Part shown: in pieces, positions 1 to 18,147 of the stretch | Position numbering within the stretch: position 1 is the first letter of the stretch | How the letters are laid out: each line of letters opens with the position of its first letter | Assembly (NCBI GenBank): GCA_002269645.1 | Contig: NIVC01001645.1 | Span: 124,001-188,000, forward strand | Direction: 5' to 3' | Length of the DNA: 64,000 nucleotides | DNA from: Macrostomum lignano | Lineage: Eukaryota | The notes under the pieces: model-generated | What the model was told of the DNA's origin: nothing | What the model saw: only the letters and a program-made list of their open reading frames with translations | Database searches by the model: none | Position numbers and translations under genes: made by a program

Positions 1-517
1 AGACTGTCAGCCACTAGCTCACAGCAGACTGTCAGACACTAGCTCACAGCAAACTGTCAGACACTAGCTCACAGCAAACTGTCAGACACTAGCTCACAGC
101 AAACTATCAGCCACTAGCTCACAGCAAACTGTCAGACACTAGATCACAGCAAACTGTCAGACACTAGCTCACAGCAAACTGTCAGCCACTAGCTCACAGC
201 AAACTATCAGACACTAGATCACAGCAAACTGTCAGACACTAGCTCACAGCAAACTATCAGCCACTAGCTCACAGCAAACTGTCAGACACTAGATCACAGC
301 AAACTGTCAGCTACTAGCTTACAGCAAACTGTCAGACACTAGCTCACAGCAGACTGTCAGCTACTAGCTCACAGCAAACTGTCAGACACTAGCTCACAGC
401 AGACTGTCAGCTACTAGCTTACAGCAAACTGTCAGACACTAGCTCACAGCAGACTGTCAGACACTAGCTCACAGAAAACTGTCAGACACCATCTCACAGC
501 AGACTGTCAGACACCAT
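1..517. repeat. 25-bp minisatellite (AAACTGTCAGACACTAGCTCACAGC)n, runs off the window start
   Basis: About 20 near-identical units read directly. Confidence 0.95.
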
Positions 518-1693
518 GCTACTCAGAATAATTCCGAAAAATCCAAAATTTCAGGCGACTACTCACAGTTCTTGGCAGCGGGCCAGAGTCCAGTACTAAA
601 TATCGGATCCGACTTAATAAAACAATTATGTATGTTGTTTCTTTGCGCCACAACTTTGCTAGTATTGTTGCGTTAGCTTTACAGTGTACATGTTCCTTTT
701 TTAATGATGCTTTTACAGACTAAAACAGCAAACATCGAATTTTGAGTGCACAGTCTCTGCTGCCATTCGTACAATCTGTACTGCAATCTTAACACATTTA
801 AAAATACACATCATTCTGATTCGCATGCAATTCTTCAAAACGATTACGGTATTGCTGTATATGTACGCTTAAGTATCAGTAAGTCAGTCGAATGTTACCG
901 CAGATCAATTGATTTAAAAAAACAACGGATGTCATACTTTTACAATCAAATCGGGTGTAGCTGTGGTATACTTACAGCTTCAGATAATTGCAGTAGATTA
1001 TATCACTGCAGTTAAATGCATATGCATGTCTATATACATGTATTGTAGTTGTGCTTAAGCTCATCAGTAAATCAAATACATGGATTTAGTTAACTAGTTC
1101 CCTGTTTACGCCGTCTACATGCAGCTAATCAGTGAACATATACTCGTAGCTACAGATAAGGTCTTCGTGTCAGAGCTGACATGTGAGTTGACACATGCTA
1201 CACATTTTGGTAGAGACAGTTTAAATCTAACCGGCGTAAAACACACGAGACAATAACATGTATTGGCTGAAATTTATAGCTATAACTAATACACAGTCAA
1301 TGCAATCCCAAAACCTAAAACCCAGTTGAGACAAACTCAGACAAGGAACCACTGAAGTAACGCTGTCGCTAAGTGTACATGTATCATCGAACGAGAGTTT
1401 GAATGAATCAAAGTCATGCCCTTGACCTGAAGAAGAGAGAAAGGACGCAAAACGAAGGGGCAGCCAGTCAGTTTATTAGCAGAGGAGAGGTTAAAGAATA
1501 ATGATAAGTGCCAAAAAGAGCAAAGTGTAGTGTGAGCATCTTTTGCGATAGCCTTGTATTCTATTAGTTAGGTTTTGCATTATTGTTATTGAATTATTAT
1601 TTTGCTTTAGTTTAGTCATACGTTTTTGGTGTACTTTTTCCTTGTTAGTTAGAATCAATTTTGCGTAAACAGGTTAGAGTTAGACGCCAATTT

Positions 1694-2731
1694 TGTGACT
1701 CAGCGGAGGGTTGAGTTTTTGTCTGCGAACCCCAGCTTTGCGCGGCCAGCCAACCAGAACCGGCCTGGACCCTGGCACGCGGCAAGTTTCAATTCTACCC
1801 GGCGCCGCGGGCACAATACAATTCGGCTTAAGCAAGCGGCCGGCCAGACGACCACCACCCGGCTTGAGGGGGTTTTGAGTGGTTGTGACTCTGACTATAT
1901 ATGAAAGTGTGTTTGGCAATCGGATCTCGCCCTTCTCTCCTCGCCTTCAATTCTCTTTCCTGCTCCGTCCCCGGTTTTGATTGTGTTCCAGCTTCCCGGC
2001 CGGTGGCCTGTTTCCCTTTGGTTCGCGCTGTGAGGCGTTTTGATTTCGTCACCCCGGTCCATACTTTGTTCCCCGCCCAACCGCTTCAGTCTTGTAGCGT
2101 AACGTCTACGGCAAATTTCTGTCTGAAGTCGTCGCTATCAAGCGCGGTTAGATAGAGACTGTCGGATCTGATCAAGTACGCGGCCTCGACCCCGAGGGCC
2201 TCAGTGTCACACTGAAGGGCAGTGCCGATAGAATTTAGTCGGTACTCCGTTGAACGGTCGGTTCGGCAGGGCTCTCGTTTGAGAGTAGGTTCTGGTTTAG
2301 GCCAGGGGTTAGGAGTTTTCTCCGTGGTCGTGTCCGGTTTTCTTCTTCTTCTCAGCTGAGATCTGCTTGCCAGTTGCGTAATCTAATTATTATTATTAAC
2401 CGTTATTGTCGTTTTGTCAACTCTAGTTATCTGCGCCGCTTGAATTTGAATCTTGTAACTTGAAGTAACCAAATTAAATCGTCTAGCCAATTATCAGTTT
2501 GTATCATAGGATCATCACTCTCTAAATCTTTCGGTTCGTGTTCCCTCTTGTTCTTTCTTTTCTTGTACTGTACCTGCGGCTATTGGAGAAAGACTGGTAG
2601 GACTCGCCGACCGGCTATAGGCGATTAGGATTAATAGCTTTAAAATCTCCAAACGCTCCAAGTAGGTTTGTCTAGGGCCTAAATAATTGCTCACCGTGCA
2701 TGCTATTTATCTAATTGCCTTTTTTATCACA
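1694..2731. mobile_element. Possible LTR (about 1.04 kb)
   Basis: Ends TGTGA...TCACA. TATA-like CTATATAT near 1894, AATTAAA near 2472. TGGCG PBS-like motif adjacent on the minus strand (1685-1689). No TSD and no gag/pol found. Confidence 0.3.
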
Positions 2732-3209
2732 AAAGGTAGAGAGAATACGCAATTGACATGAAGTGCGTCTGATTGATGCGACAGTTTGGAAAAGACCTAT
2801 TGGGTACTCAAAATTAATAAAAAAGAATTAACTTCTAATCGGAATCTAATTAATGTCATAGAAAAGCTTTTACTCAAGTAAAAGCACTCGCTTTAAGAGA
2901 CCTCATATAGTTTTGATATATTGCTATTTTCTTTGAAGTTTACTAATTTCAAAGGCATCCCAGCATTTGAATTTTTAGAATTACTACCTCTAAAAATATT
3001 TATAATATAATAAGTTTTTTGTAACTCTGTCATTTGAAAAGAAGAGTTAAAATTTTAATTTCTTTTAGCTTATGATACCATTTCATTTTTTAGTAGTAGA
3101 TTTGAAATTTCGAAAACCAAAAACCAAAACTAAATGTATGCGTATGGCATGCCTAAGCTGAAAATAGTTCTGGACCTAGTCCTGGAAGTCAGATGTCACA
3201 TACACGTGA

Positions 3210-3420
3210 CTCCATGTCAAATTGTCAAACATTAAAGAGCCACCATGTAAAAATTAAAGAGCTATCATGTCAAACACAAAAGAACCACCATGTCAAACAT
3301 ATAAGAGACACCATGTCAAACATAGAAGAGCCACCATGTCAAACATTAAAGAGCCACCATTTCTAACATAAAGAGACACTGTTTCAAACATAAAAAGAAG
3401 TGTTATGCCAAACAAAATGG
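3210..3420. repeat. Degenerate ~29-bp repeat with CCACCATGTCAAACAT core
   Basis: About 6 diverged copies. Confidence 0.7.
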
Positions 3421-3477
3421 AGCCACTATAAAGCTAAGGAAATTTTTGCACTAGCTACTTGTTGTATCTATCAGGTT

Positions 3478-3945
3478 ATGCTTGCTATCTGGGGTTGCTT
3501 GCAGTCTGGGGGATGCTTGCTATCTGGGATGCTTGCTATCTAGGGGATGCTTGCTATCTAAGGGATGCTTGCTATCTAGGGGATGCTTGCTATCTAGGGG
3601 ATGCTTGCTATCTAGGGGATGCTTGCTATCTAGGGGATGCTTGCTATCTAGGGGATGCTTGCTATCTAGGGGATGCTTTCTATCTAGAGTTGCTTGCTAT
3701 TGGTTGGGGGATGCTTGAACTATCTGGGGGATGCTTGCAGTCTTGGGGATGCTTGTAGTCTTGGGGATGCTTGCTATTTGGGGATCAATGCTTGAATGCT
3801 CTCTGGAGATGCTTGCTGTCTTGGGGATGCTTGCTATTTGGGGATCGATGCTTGAATGCTCTCTGGAGATGCTTGCTGTCTTGGGGATGCTTGCTATTTG
3901 GGGATCGATGCTTGAATGCTGTCTGGAGATGCTTGCTGTCTTGGG
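3478..3945. repeat. 18-bp minisatellite (GGGATGCTTGCTATCTAG)n grading into a 60-bp higher-order unit
   Basis: Read directly; three 60-bp units at about 3760-3945. Confidence 0.95.
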
Positions 3946-4070
3946 ATATTTTGTTTTTAGAGGAAATGTCTGTTGTTTTTTATGAAGGCTTTATTTCGCT
4001 GTCTATTTGTTATTTGTTAAGAACAAGGATTCTATCTAGATGTCCCCCATTGGGGGGCAAAGATTGCTAG

Positions 4071-5577
4071 TAGGGGGCGACCGGGACGGCCAAAGTCGGG
4101 CCCGGGTCGGGCCCGGGAATGAGGACTCGGGCCCGGGTCAGGCCTCGGGAATTTGGGACAAGATCTTTAAGACAGCTCAATAATTGGAAAAAAATCATAA
4201 TAAATCTTAATACTTTTAGCATATGCGGATTACTATTAAATATATAATAAATATATTAATATATTAAATCTAATATAATATTAAATGTATAATAAATATA
4301 TGATAAACATTAAATATATTATAATATATAAATATATTAAATATATAATAATATATAAATATAATATATTATATTAAATATATAATAAATATTATTTTTA
4401 TTTAATACATTAGTTAAGACTTCAGAATAGATAAGAGTTACATTAAAAGACTTAATACTCAAATATCAATATACTCAATAGTTCAAATTCAATGTCACTG
4501 TGTGGCACAAGTACTGTGTGTGTGCCAGTGACAGTGACACTAACACTTAACAGGCAGTGAGGTAGGCAAGCAGGCACTGCGGTAGTGCGGCTGGCACTGG
4601 CAGTGGCAGTAAGCAAAAAGAAGAAAAGCTGAAGCATTAAGTGTAAGGCACTTGGCATTGGAAGCAGTAAGGAAGTAAGAACCAAATCAATTGATTGATT
4701 CTTTTATTTGAATTTTTAGTTTCTTTACATAGCTTCAATGTAAAGAGCCATGTACACAGTCAGTATTCAGTAAGACAACAAGACAAGACAACAGAACAGA
4801 ACACAAGTGAAGTGACAACACAACACAACACTCAACTGTCTCAACAGAACAGGCAAACAGACAATGGAAATACAAGTAATTAGCTGATACCTGCCTACCT
4901 GCTCACCTACCTACCTAAACGAATATGATTACGAATACGATACTGAGTCTACAACTACAACTACCTACGAATACAATACAAATATGAACACGATTACAAA
5001 CTCTGATAGATAGCAAACTTCTTGGAAAAATGGTAGCCTTGGCCCTTAATAGGTACTTCTTGGAACGTAAATAGGAAATGTTATTTACAAAAGCTTAAAA
5101 ATGACAAATCAACTTTTTAAAGAATCATATTTTTGCTTTTAGGCTGCAGCCTGCAGCGTGTAAAGTGGAATCAATATTGCATCAACTATGTTTTAATTTT
5201 ATCTTCCTGGAAAAAATCCGATCTTCCTGGAAAGTGGAAACTGGCTGTGGCTGACGCTCACGGTCACAGACACTCACGCTTAGAGCCTACTACGAATCAA
5301 TGATATTGCTACTTCACATCATATCATCTATTACTATTACTGCAGTCGTGCAGTGCTTGAGTCTTGAGTGCTGATGCAATGCTTAACTGAGTGTTGTGCT
5401 GTGCTGTGAATAAAAATAATTTTATTCTTATTTGCACGCGGTTAGTGCCTTTAGGGAAAAAAGACTTGTCCCGATTTCCCGACTTTTTTTGGGTCGGGCC
5501 CGGGCCCGGGTCGGGCCACGATTTTGGTCGGGATTCCCGACTTTTCGGGCCCGGGCCCGGGACTGGGTCGCCCCCTA
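4071..5577. mobile_element. Non-autonomous hAT-type DNA transposon
   Basis: 12-bp TIR TAGGGGGCGACC (4071-4082) / GGTCGCCCCCTA (5566-5577). Perfect 8-bp TSD ATTGCTAG (4063-4070 and 5578-5585). GGGCCCGGG subterminal motifs at both ends. AT-rich interior with no transposase ORF. Confidence 0.92.
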
Positions 5578-6715
5578 ATTGCTAGTAGCCCCCCCCCCCC
5601 TACTAAATAACATTAAATCTATGCAATTAGATAACTTTACTATAAGTCTATGCATTTGTATTAAAAAAAACCAACTAATGAATACATTTAAACAATGATT
5701 GCCAAAAATGTTTCTGCAACTTTAGGTTCAACACCTCAAAGGTCTCAAAGTAACTTTACTTGATATAACTTTCTTTTAATATTTGTTTTACTGCAAAAAT
5801 TAACAATATAATATAAAATATTAAGTTTCTGTTTTTAGTACACTTTTTATTTCAAAAGTTTTTTATATTTGAATTTGTTTAGGTTTCTTGATTTTTTCAT
5901 ATTTAGAAGCATATTTGGAAATATTTAGAAAATAAAATTTCCAAATCTGAAACATTTGTATTTCTAAAAAAACAAAGATATTTTTTGGAATATTCAGATC
6001 TATCACTAATTAGAACTAAAAAAATCTGATTAGATATAAGCTTATTCTGTTATTATATTACAAATATAATATTACAATATAAGTATATTACAAATTATTA
6101 TTGATAAATAAATTTTGTTATACCATTAGATTTGATAGAAATGCCTATTTATTTTAAGATTAGACATAAATAGACCCAATTTTAAATAATCATTTAATTG
6201 AGCTCAAAATATATAAAGGCAATCAATTTTTGCTCTAATTGCATCTTATTTTATTTATTTTGAACTTTCTTTTAATAAAACAAATTTTATTAACCTTTAG
6301 ATCTAAAAACTGTTGATTCTGAAGGCACAGACACTATAACACCAATTTTGATGTAGCCTATAGCTAACTCGGTAATTTCTTAAGTGCTCCAGTTGAGCAG
6401 CTCTCACTATCACATTTATTTATTGTAGCCTTAGAACAAGGCACCGCTCATTCAAGTTGTACTGTAGTGCTAGTGGCGATCATGCCATAGATAAAAGTCT
6501 CTATCAAATTAATACATCTAACAAAAACCATGGTGCATAGTGTATTAAGACCATGGTGCTTCTACTCCATTGACTAGAACAAGATGACTAGCACTAATAA
6601 AACTTTTTTTGCCACAACTGTGTCTCCAGAGGCAGTGACCTAGCAGTATCTAGTGGCACTAGTGCAAGGTGACACTAGTCTAGAACATTGGTGCAGGCCA
6701 TCAGGTCTCTGGATG

Positions 6716-7557
6716 TCAGCCTCTTGGGTAGTGTGCACCCAGGGTATAGTGCAGCAGTGACCTGTAGAGTGCATCTAGGGCTTGCTCTTCTGTGTCAGTC
6801 ATTGGTGCCACTTCCATGTCATACAGGAGGATTGGCTCCATGACCACGCTGAAGAGGCGCACATTCAGGCTGTCCCTCGTAGGCGGGTTGAAGACGTTTC
6901 TGAGCAGGTGCACCGCGTGCCAGGCCTGATTCCTACTGTTGAAGACAAAATGGAGTCTAGCTTTGTTGCTAGCAATCCGAAATAGCGGAAGTCCTCGCAC
7001 ACATGGCGATGGCATCTCCTTTGGGCAGCACAAGTGTTAAACCAGTGTCAGTGCCCACGTCCACGTGAATCACCTCTAGCTTGCGCGCATTGACCACCAG
7101 CCCCACCCATATTCAGGAAAGAGTGGAGCATTTGGCAGTATTTGGGTCACATCAAAGGAGCACGATTTCATCGGCATATGCGAGAGCAGGCAGCAGAACA
7201 GTAGGGTGTGTGTGTGTGTGTGTGTATGTAACTGTCGCTCAGTCTGTTGAGTCGCAGAGATGGAGGAAGCTGGCGGCCTCCACGTGTAGCAGAACAAATG
7301 CGTGGTATTGTGTGGAGCAGCCCCGCAGGCCGGAAAAATGTCCTGGATCGAGGGGTCCAGACAGTGCTGGTAGCTGGCAAGGAGCATCGCCCTCTTCAAG
7401 GGAGCGGCGCAAATGCGCGACCATAATGAAGAGCAGGGGAGCCAGCGTCTCACCCGGCAGGACGCCGGAGGTTGTGCTGAACTCCTCGGTGAGGCCGTCC
7501 CTCGTCTGGACAAGCGCCCTGGCTGGAGTCGCTGTAAAGTCCATCATTAGTATATAG
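6716..7557 (-). pseudogene. Decayed RTE-like non-LTR retrotransposon RT fragment
   Basis: Frame-broken motifs in the expected order: SGVLPGETLAPLLFIM (GVxQGDTLAP-like), AYADEIVLL (YADD-like, ~7160-7185), EDFRYFG, and RNQAWHAVHLL...VRLFSVVMEPILLYD. Confidence 0.8.
7205..7385 (-). mobile_element. 5'-truncated 3' end of a second LINE with (CA)n tail, nested in the RTE-like RT
   Basis: LLASYQHCLDPSIQDIFPACGAAPHNTTHLFC resembles the C-terminal CxxC...HLFxC motif of I-group-like LINEs. It is followed by (CA)n and sits between the GVxxG and YADE motifs. Confidence 0.55.
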
Positions 7558-7758
7558 TTTAGCCATAAACTATCCATGTGCACCAGGAGAGAAAAAATCC
7601 ATGATTCAAGAAACCTATGAAGAGGCAAATGCTTAAAATGATAGAAAAGAGTATCCAGTATTGGCTAAAAAAGAATTTTGATGCCATGTTGGTTGATTTT
7701 ATTAAAAAATATTTGGATCAGCAGATTAAAAATTTTAAAGCTCTAACTAACAGATTAG

Positions 7759-13464
<5,706 letters not shown>

Positions 13465-13606
13465 ACTGAGTGCCGAATAAATTTTGCGACAATACACCGA
13501 TGGTAGCTAATCCACTATACTAAAAATGCTTTGTCTCTTATCCAGTAGTAAATGTCTAGCAGGCTTCTGTTTTATCGTTTTGACTCCCGTAAATTTATTC
13601 ATACAA

Positions 13607-14095
13607 CACGGGCCGGCAAACTCTACGTGCGGCACGCGAAGCCTCTCTATCCGGCCCTCGGGTCCGTTGAAACTTCACAATAGCAATGCGGCCCGCTCAG
13701 GGCTTGCGTCTCTTCTCAACCCTCTCTTCTCTCTCCCCTCTACTCACTTTTTTCTCCTCTCCCCATCTTCTTCCCTCTCTCTTTCCATTTACTCTCATCT
13801 TCTCTCCTTTGACCTCTCAATTCATCTCATCCCATCTTCTCTCATCTCTCTAGCGCCTTCCTCTGCCCCCCTCCTCTCTTCTTTTCTTTCTAGCCTCTCA
13901 TCTCTCCTCTCCTCTGTCTCTGTAGCCTCTTTCTCTCCCCTCCCTTTCCTCTCTCCTCTCTTTTCTCCCAAGCATTCTCCCCTCTCCTCTCCTCTAGCCT
14001 CTCCTCTCTCCGCTCTTCTCTCTCTAGCCTTTCCTCTCTCCGCTCTTCTCTCTCATCTGGCCATTGAGTTAAAAAGTTTGCCAACCTATGATTTA
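13607..14095 (+). mobile_element. Charlie/hAT-like MITE with internal CT-rich microsatellite
   Basis: Imperfect ends CACGGGCCGGCAAAC / GTTTGCCAACCTATG and TGCGGCCC-like motifs. The 5' part and 3' end are shared with a minus-strand copy at ~40940-41340. No TSD found. Confidence 0.6.
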
Positions 14096-14703
14096 CTAGC
14101 GAGAAAAGAATTGTAAGGTTCCGGCCAAGAAATCACAAGTATTAGCGTTTTTTAGATTCTTTAATTTTGACAATTACTATCCAACAGTGTAAGAAAAGTC
14201 ATCTAATCTTCATATGCTCGAGGTGTAGAATTAAAAAACCTGCAAATTAGTTAAAATGAGCCAAATCAGTAAATGTGTATTTCTGTCTATTTAATTTGCA
14301 TGTCTGCTTTTAAGCTGGTACTGCTGCGGCGAAATTTGTTTGAATCATTACTATTTAGTCTCAATATATGGCTTCGTATTTCTCTCCTTAAGAAGGCACT
14401 GAGACTTTTTATTGCATTAAAATGCTTTATATTTGTATCTACAATAAGTTGCATCATTGAATTTGCATTTCACTGCCGTTTGAAAAACACACTGATCTGA
14501 TTTTGTTGCTTTCCAATAGTTTGATATTTTTGTTCTATTCGTCTTTACGAAATCGAGAACTTGTTGCGCAATCTGTCTCTGTGCTTGTTTGATGCTGGAG
14601 GGCTTGGCTAATGATGGAGTATTTGATCTTTTATTTCCTGAAATTCATCTTTCTAGATTGTTTACCTGCTGTGCTTTTCCTTTGCTGTTTCTTCATTCGT
14701 TTG

Positions 14704-15256
14704 AGTCAGTCAGTCAGTCAGTCAGTCAGTCAGTCAGTCAGTCAGGCAGTCAGTCAGTCAGTCACTCAGTCAGTCAGTCAGTCAGTCAGTCAGTCAGTCA
14801 GTCAGTCAGTCAGTCAGTCACTCAGTCAGTCAGTCAGTCAGTCAGTCAGTCAGTCAGTCAGTCAGTCAGTCAGTCAGTCAGTCAGTCAGTCAGTCAGTCA
14901 GTCAGGCAGTCAGTCAGTCAGTCAGTCAGTCAGTCAGCCAGTCAGGCAGTCAGTCAGTCAGTCAGTCAGGCAGTCAGTCAGTCAGTCAGTCAGTCAGTCA
15001 GTCAGGCAGTCAGTCAGTCGGTCAGGCAGGCAGTCAGTCAGTCAGTCAGTCAGTCAGTCAGTCAGGCAGTCAGTCAGTCAGGCAGTCAGTCAGTCAGTCA
15101 GTCAGTCAGTCAGGCAGTCAGTCAGTCAGTCAGTCAGTCAGTCAGGCAGTCAGTCAGTCAGGCAGTCAGTCAGTCAGGCAGTCAGTCAGTCAGTCAGTCA
15201 GTCAGGCAGTCAGTCAGTCAGTCAGTCAGGCAGTCAGTCAGTCAGGCAATCAGTCG
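14704..15256. repeat. (CAGT)n microsatellite with CAGG variants
   Basis: Read directly. Confidence 0.98.
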
Positions 15257-15335
15257 TCACCCTCAGTTCTCAAGCCCATTAATTGGTATTTGAACCGAAA
15301 CTCTGCAGCCAATAGTTGCGACTAAAACGGTCTCC

Positions 15336-17176
15336 ATGGCAACCCAAGCGAACGCCTATCTGAACTACCCGCTGCCGCCTGGCTGGCAGTCCAAGCTGGA
15401 CGCATCCAGCGGTCGTTACTTTTTTGTCGACCACAACAACAAGAGGACGTCCTGGGTTGACCCCAGGCCGGCCTACTATGCTGCGCAGGCATCCGCAATG
15501 CATTACGGTCAGCAGTCTGCTGCTTCTGCGGCTGCGGCCGCATCATCTGCCGCAGCTGCCCCTAAGCCCGCTGCTAAACGAGCTGTCGCTAGCAGCAGCA
15601 GCAGCAGCAGCAGTATTAACGATGCAGCAGACTTCTCATCCGATGACGAGACAGCTAATGCGGCATTGGCTGCTCAGGCTCGCCGAGTTCAGGCCAGCTT
15701 TCCAATGGTTGAGCTGAGTCTTGTCCGCGAGCTGCTGCAGGAGCACGGCAGCGAGGAGTCCGTGCGACAGATGCTCAGGTTGGTGCTCGAGCTACGGCAG
15801 ACATGAGGGCCAATCCCCAAGGCTTGACGATTAGATAGTCAGGGCCGCTTGTACACCCTGTGTGAGCGTGTCTGTAGCTATTACTGTATATTAACTCCCA
15901 GATCCCACCTAATCCATTCGCCGCACTCAGGGAAGTGGTGAGCGACAATCAGCAGCCAGCCTCATCGCGCCAGGGTCGGGCCTCATCGTCCGCTGGCGCC
16001 ACCGCCGCTCCCGCCCTGCCGTCAGCGGAGGAGACCCGCCGATCCAATATTGACACCCTGTGCAGCGATTTCCCCACTCTGGATAGGAAAACTGTTGAAC
16101 AGGAGCTCGCGGCTGCCGGAGATCGCATGTACGATACTAGAATGCGCCTGCGGCACCTGACTGATCAGCAAAGACAGCAGGCCGCTGCCGCAGCCGCTGC
16201 CGCCGCCGCCACTCTCGCCCTGCCGTCAGCGGAGGAGACCCGCCGATCCAATATTGACACCCTGTGCAGCGATTTCCCCACTCTGGATAGGAAAACTGTT
16301 GAACAGGAGCTCGCGGCTGCCGGAGATCGCATGTACGATAATAGAACGCGCCTGCGGCACCTGGCTGATCAGCAAAGACAGCAGGCCGCTGCCGCAGCCG
16401 CTGCCGCCCAGCCTTCGACAAGCGGGCATCCGAAGCCGAAAGCCAAGCCAAAAGTCGCTGAGACGTCCGCCGCTACTCACCAATCCAAGCTGGACTCGCT
16501 GTCTACCGACTTTCCTACTCTGGAGAGAGGCGCCATCGAACGTGAGCTGACAGCCGCAGGCGATCGGCTGTACGACACCCGGACTAAACTGCGACAGTTG
16601 GCCGACCAGCAGAGAGAGGCCGCTTCGGCCGCACTCGCCGACGCTCATTCTGCCGCTGCTCACCCGAAACCGGCAGCTAAAAAGAAGCAACAGTCAGCAA
16701 AGCAGCAGAAGCAGCAGCCGAAGCCGAAGCACTCCAGCCGTGCCTTGTCTCCGTCTGCTGGCACGTCGCTTGGCGCCCAACTGCGACCGTCGCCACCCGA
16801 AGCTGACTCAGTGCAGCCGTCGCTGCAGCATCATGAGAGACGGCAGCCAGTTAAAACAAAATTCAAAGCTAATAATAATAAAAAGAAGTCGGCTGCCAAG
16901 AAGCCCGCCGCCCGCCCAGCCGTCGCCTCTACGCAATGGACCGGGCCAAGCGGCGGGCTGGCCAGCGGCCCGAACCCGGCACTTCTCATTGGCAGCGGCG
17001 CTGGCCGTGAGGATCTGCGCTGCAGCGGACCGGAGCCCGGCCTGGCCAGCGGCCCGAATCGCCAGCTGCTGTCGGGAAGCAGCGGCCTTGCCTGCGGGCC
17101 GCAGTTCGGCCTGGCCGTTGGCTCAGCTGGGGCGGCTTCAACTCGTGTAGGCCGATCAGTGGTCACGGCTATGTAG
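15336..17176 (+). CDS. WW-domain protein with about four CUE-like helical repeats and C-terminal GPxxxL repeats
   Basis: Exons 15336-15778 and 15931-17176 (phase-2 GT-AG). WW: [34 protein letters not shown]-containing CUE-like units: [34 protein letters not shown] x2, [17 protein letters not shown]. Confidence 0.85.
15805..15870 (-). mobile_element. Fragment of the SINE 3' body
   Basis: GCTTGACGATTAGATAGTCAGGGCCGCTTGTACACCCTG matches the reverse complement of 11068-11116. Confidence 0.65.
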
Positions 17177-17314
17177 ACTGGCTGCTCTTTGACTTCACGG
17201 ATGTACTTTAACTATTAATTGCTCCAATTAGCAAGCCAATAATTATAATTTCATTTGTGCCCTAAAGTTTAATTGGATGGTTGAGCTTAGCGGTCAACAA
17301 CTCTTGACTCCTGT

Positions 17315-17430
17315 GCTCATGATCTCCCCAAGACAGAGAGTGTACGTGCCTGACGATTAGAAAGTCAAGGCCGCTGTGAGCATCCGCGCGCTTGGATGTG
17401 CTCAGGAATCAGTGGAATGAGCACAATTGC
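17315..17430 (-). mobile_element. Fragment of the SINE 3' body
   Basis: AGAGTGTACGTGCCTGACGATTAGAAAGTCAAGGCCGCTG...GTGCTCAGGAATCAGTGGAATGAGCACAATTG matches the reverse complement of ~11020-11120. Confidence 0.7.
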
Positions 17431-18147
17431 GGACGATGTCACCGAAGGTACAAAACTGCTTTTATCCTGGTGTTAAGTTACTTTCAATGAAGTACTATCA
17501 ATACTACTTAATTTAGTAGAACTAGTAGTATCTAATGTCCCGATTAAAACTTGAAGATTTAAAAAACCTGTTTTTTATAAGAAACAGTTTTAACTTATTT
17601 AAACTGCAGTAATGTTTTTTATATTTTTAATTAATGTTTTCGCACTGCTATGAGTATCTGATTCGCCTCCTGCGTGTCTTCCTACTGATTGAATATTGAA
17701 ATAAAGTCTTTGGTGCAAGCATCGCTGCCTAACATTGGCACATCAAATTACTTCCTGTATATGCATTATATTATATAACTTTGTTTTATTTGAGTTTCAA
17801 ACTTTTCAGTCATTTTGTTTATGGTATATACTACTACTACTACTATTAGTAAGTAGGCAAGACAAGGGTTGCAAAGATTTTGTTGAATCATTGCTAAAAG
17901 AATAGTAACATTTATTGCTGTCACGCCCGCTCTTTGTATTCATTATGATTATGATTATGATTTAGTAATTAGTAGAAAAATATCGTCATAATAGAGTGAA
18001 TGCTACATGAAAGATTGAACCAGCGGCACCATATGGTTTATGTGCAGAATGCAATTCTCTGTATCGATGCGGGATTATTGCAACACGGATTAGCACGCTG
18101 ATTAACAGAGGCTAAGCTACAGGGATATATTAGAAACCAGATCGACT

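Noticed and set aside
14589-15293. SQSV-repeat ORFs
   Set aside because: (CAGT)n microsatellite.
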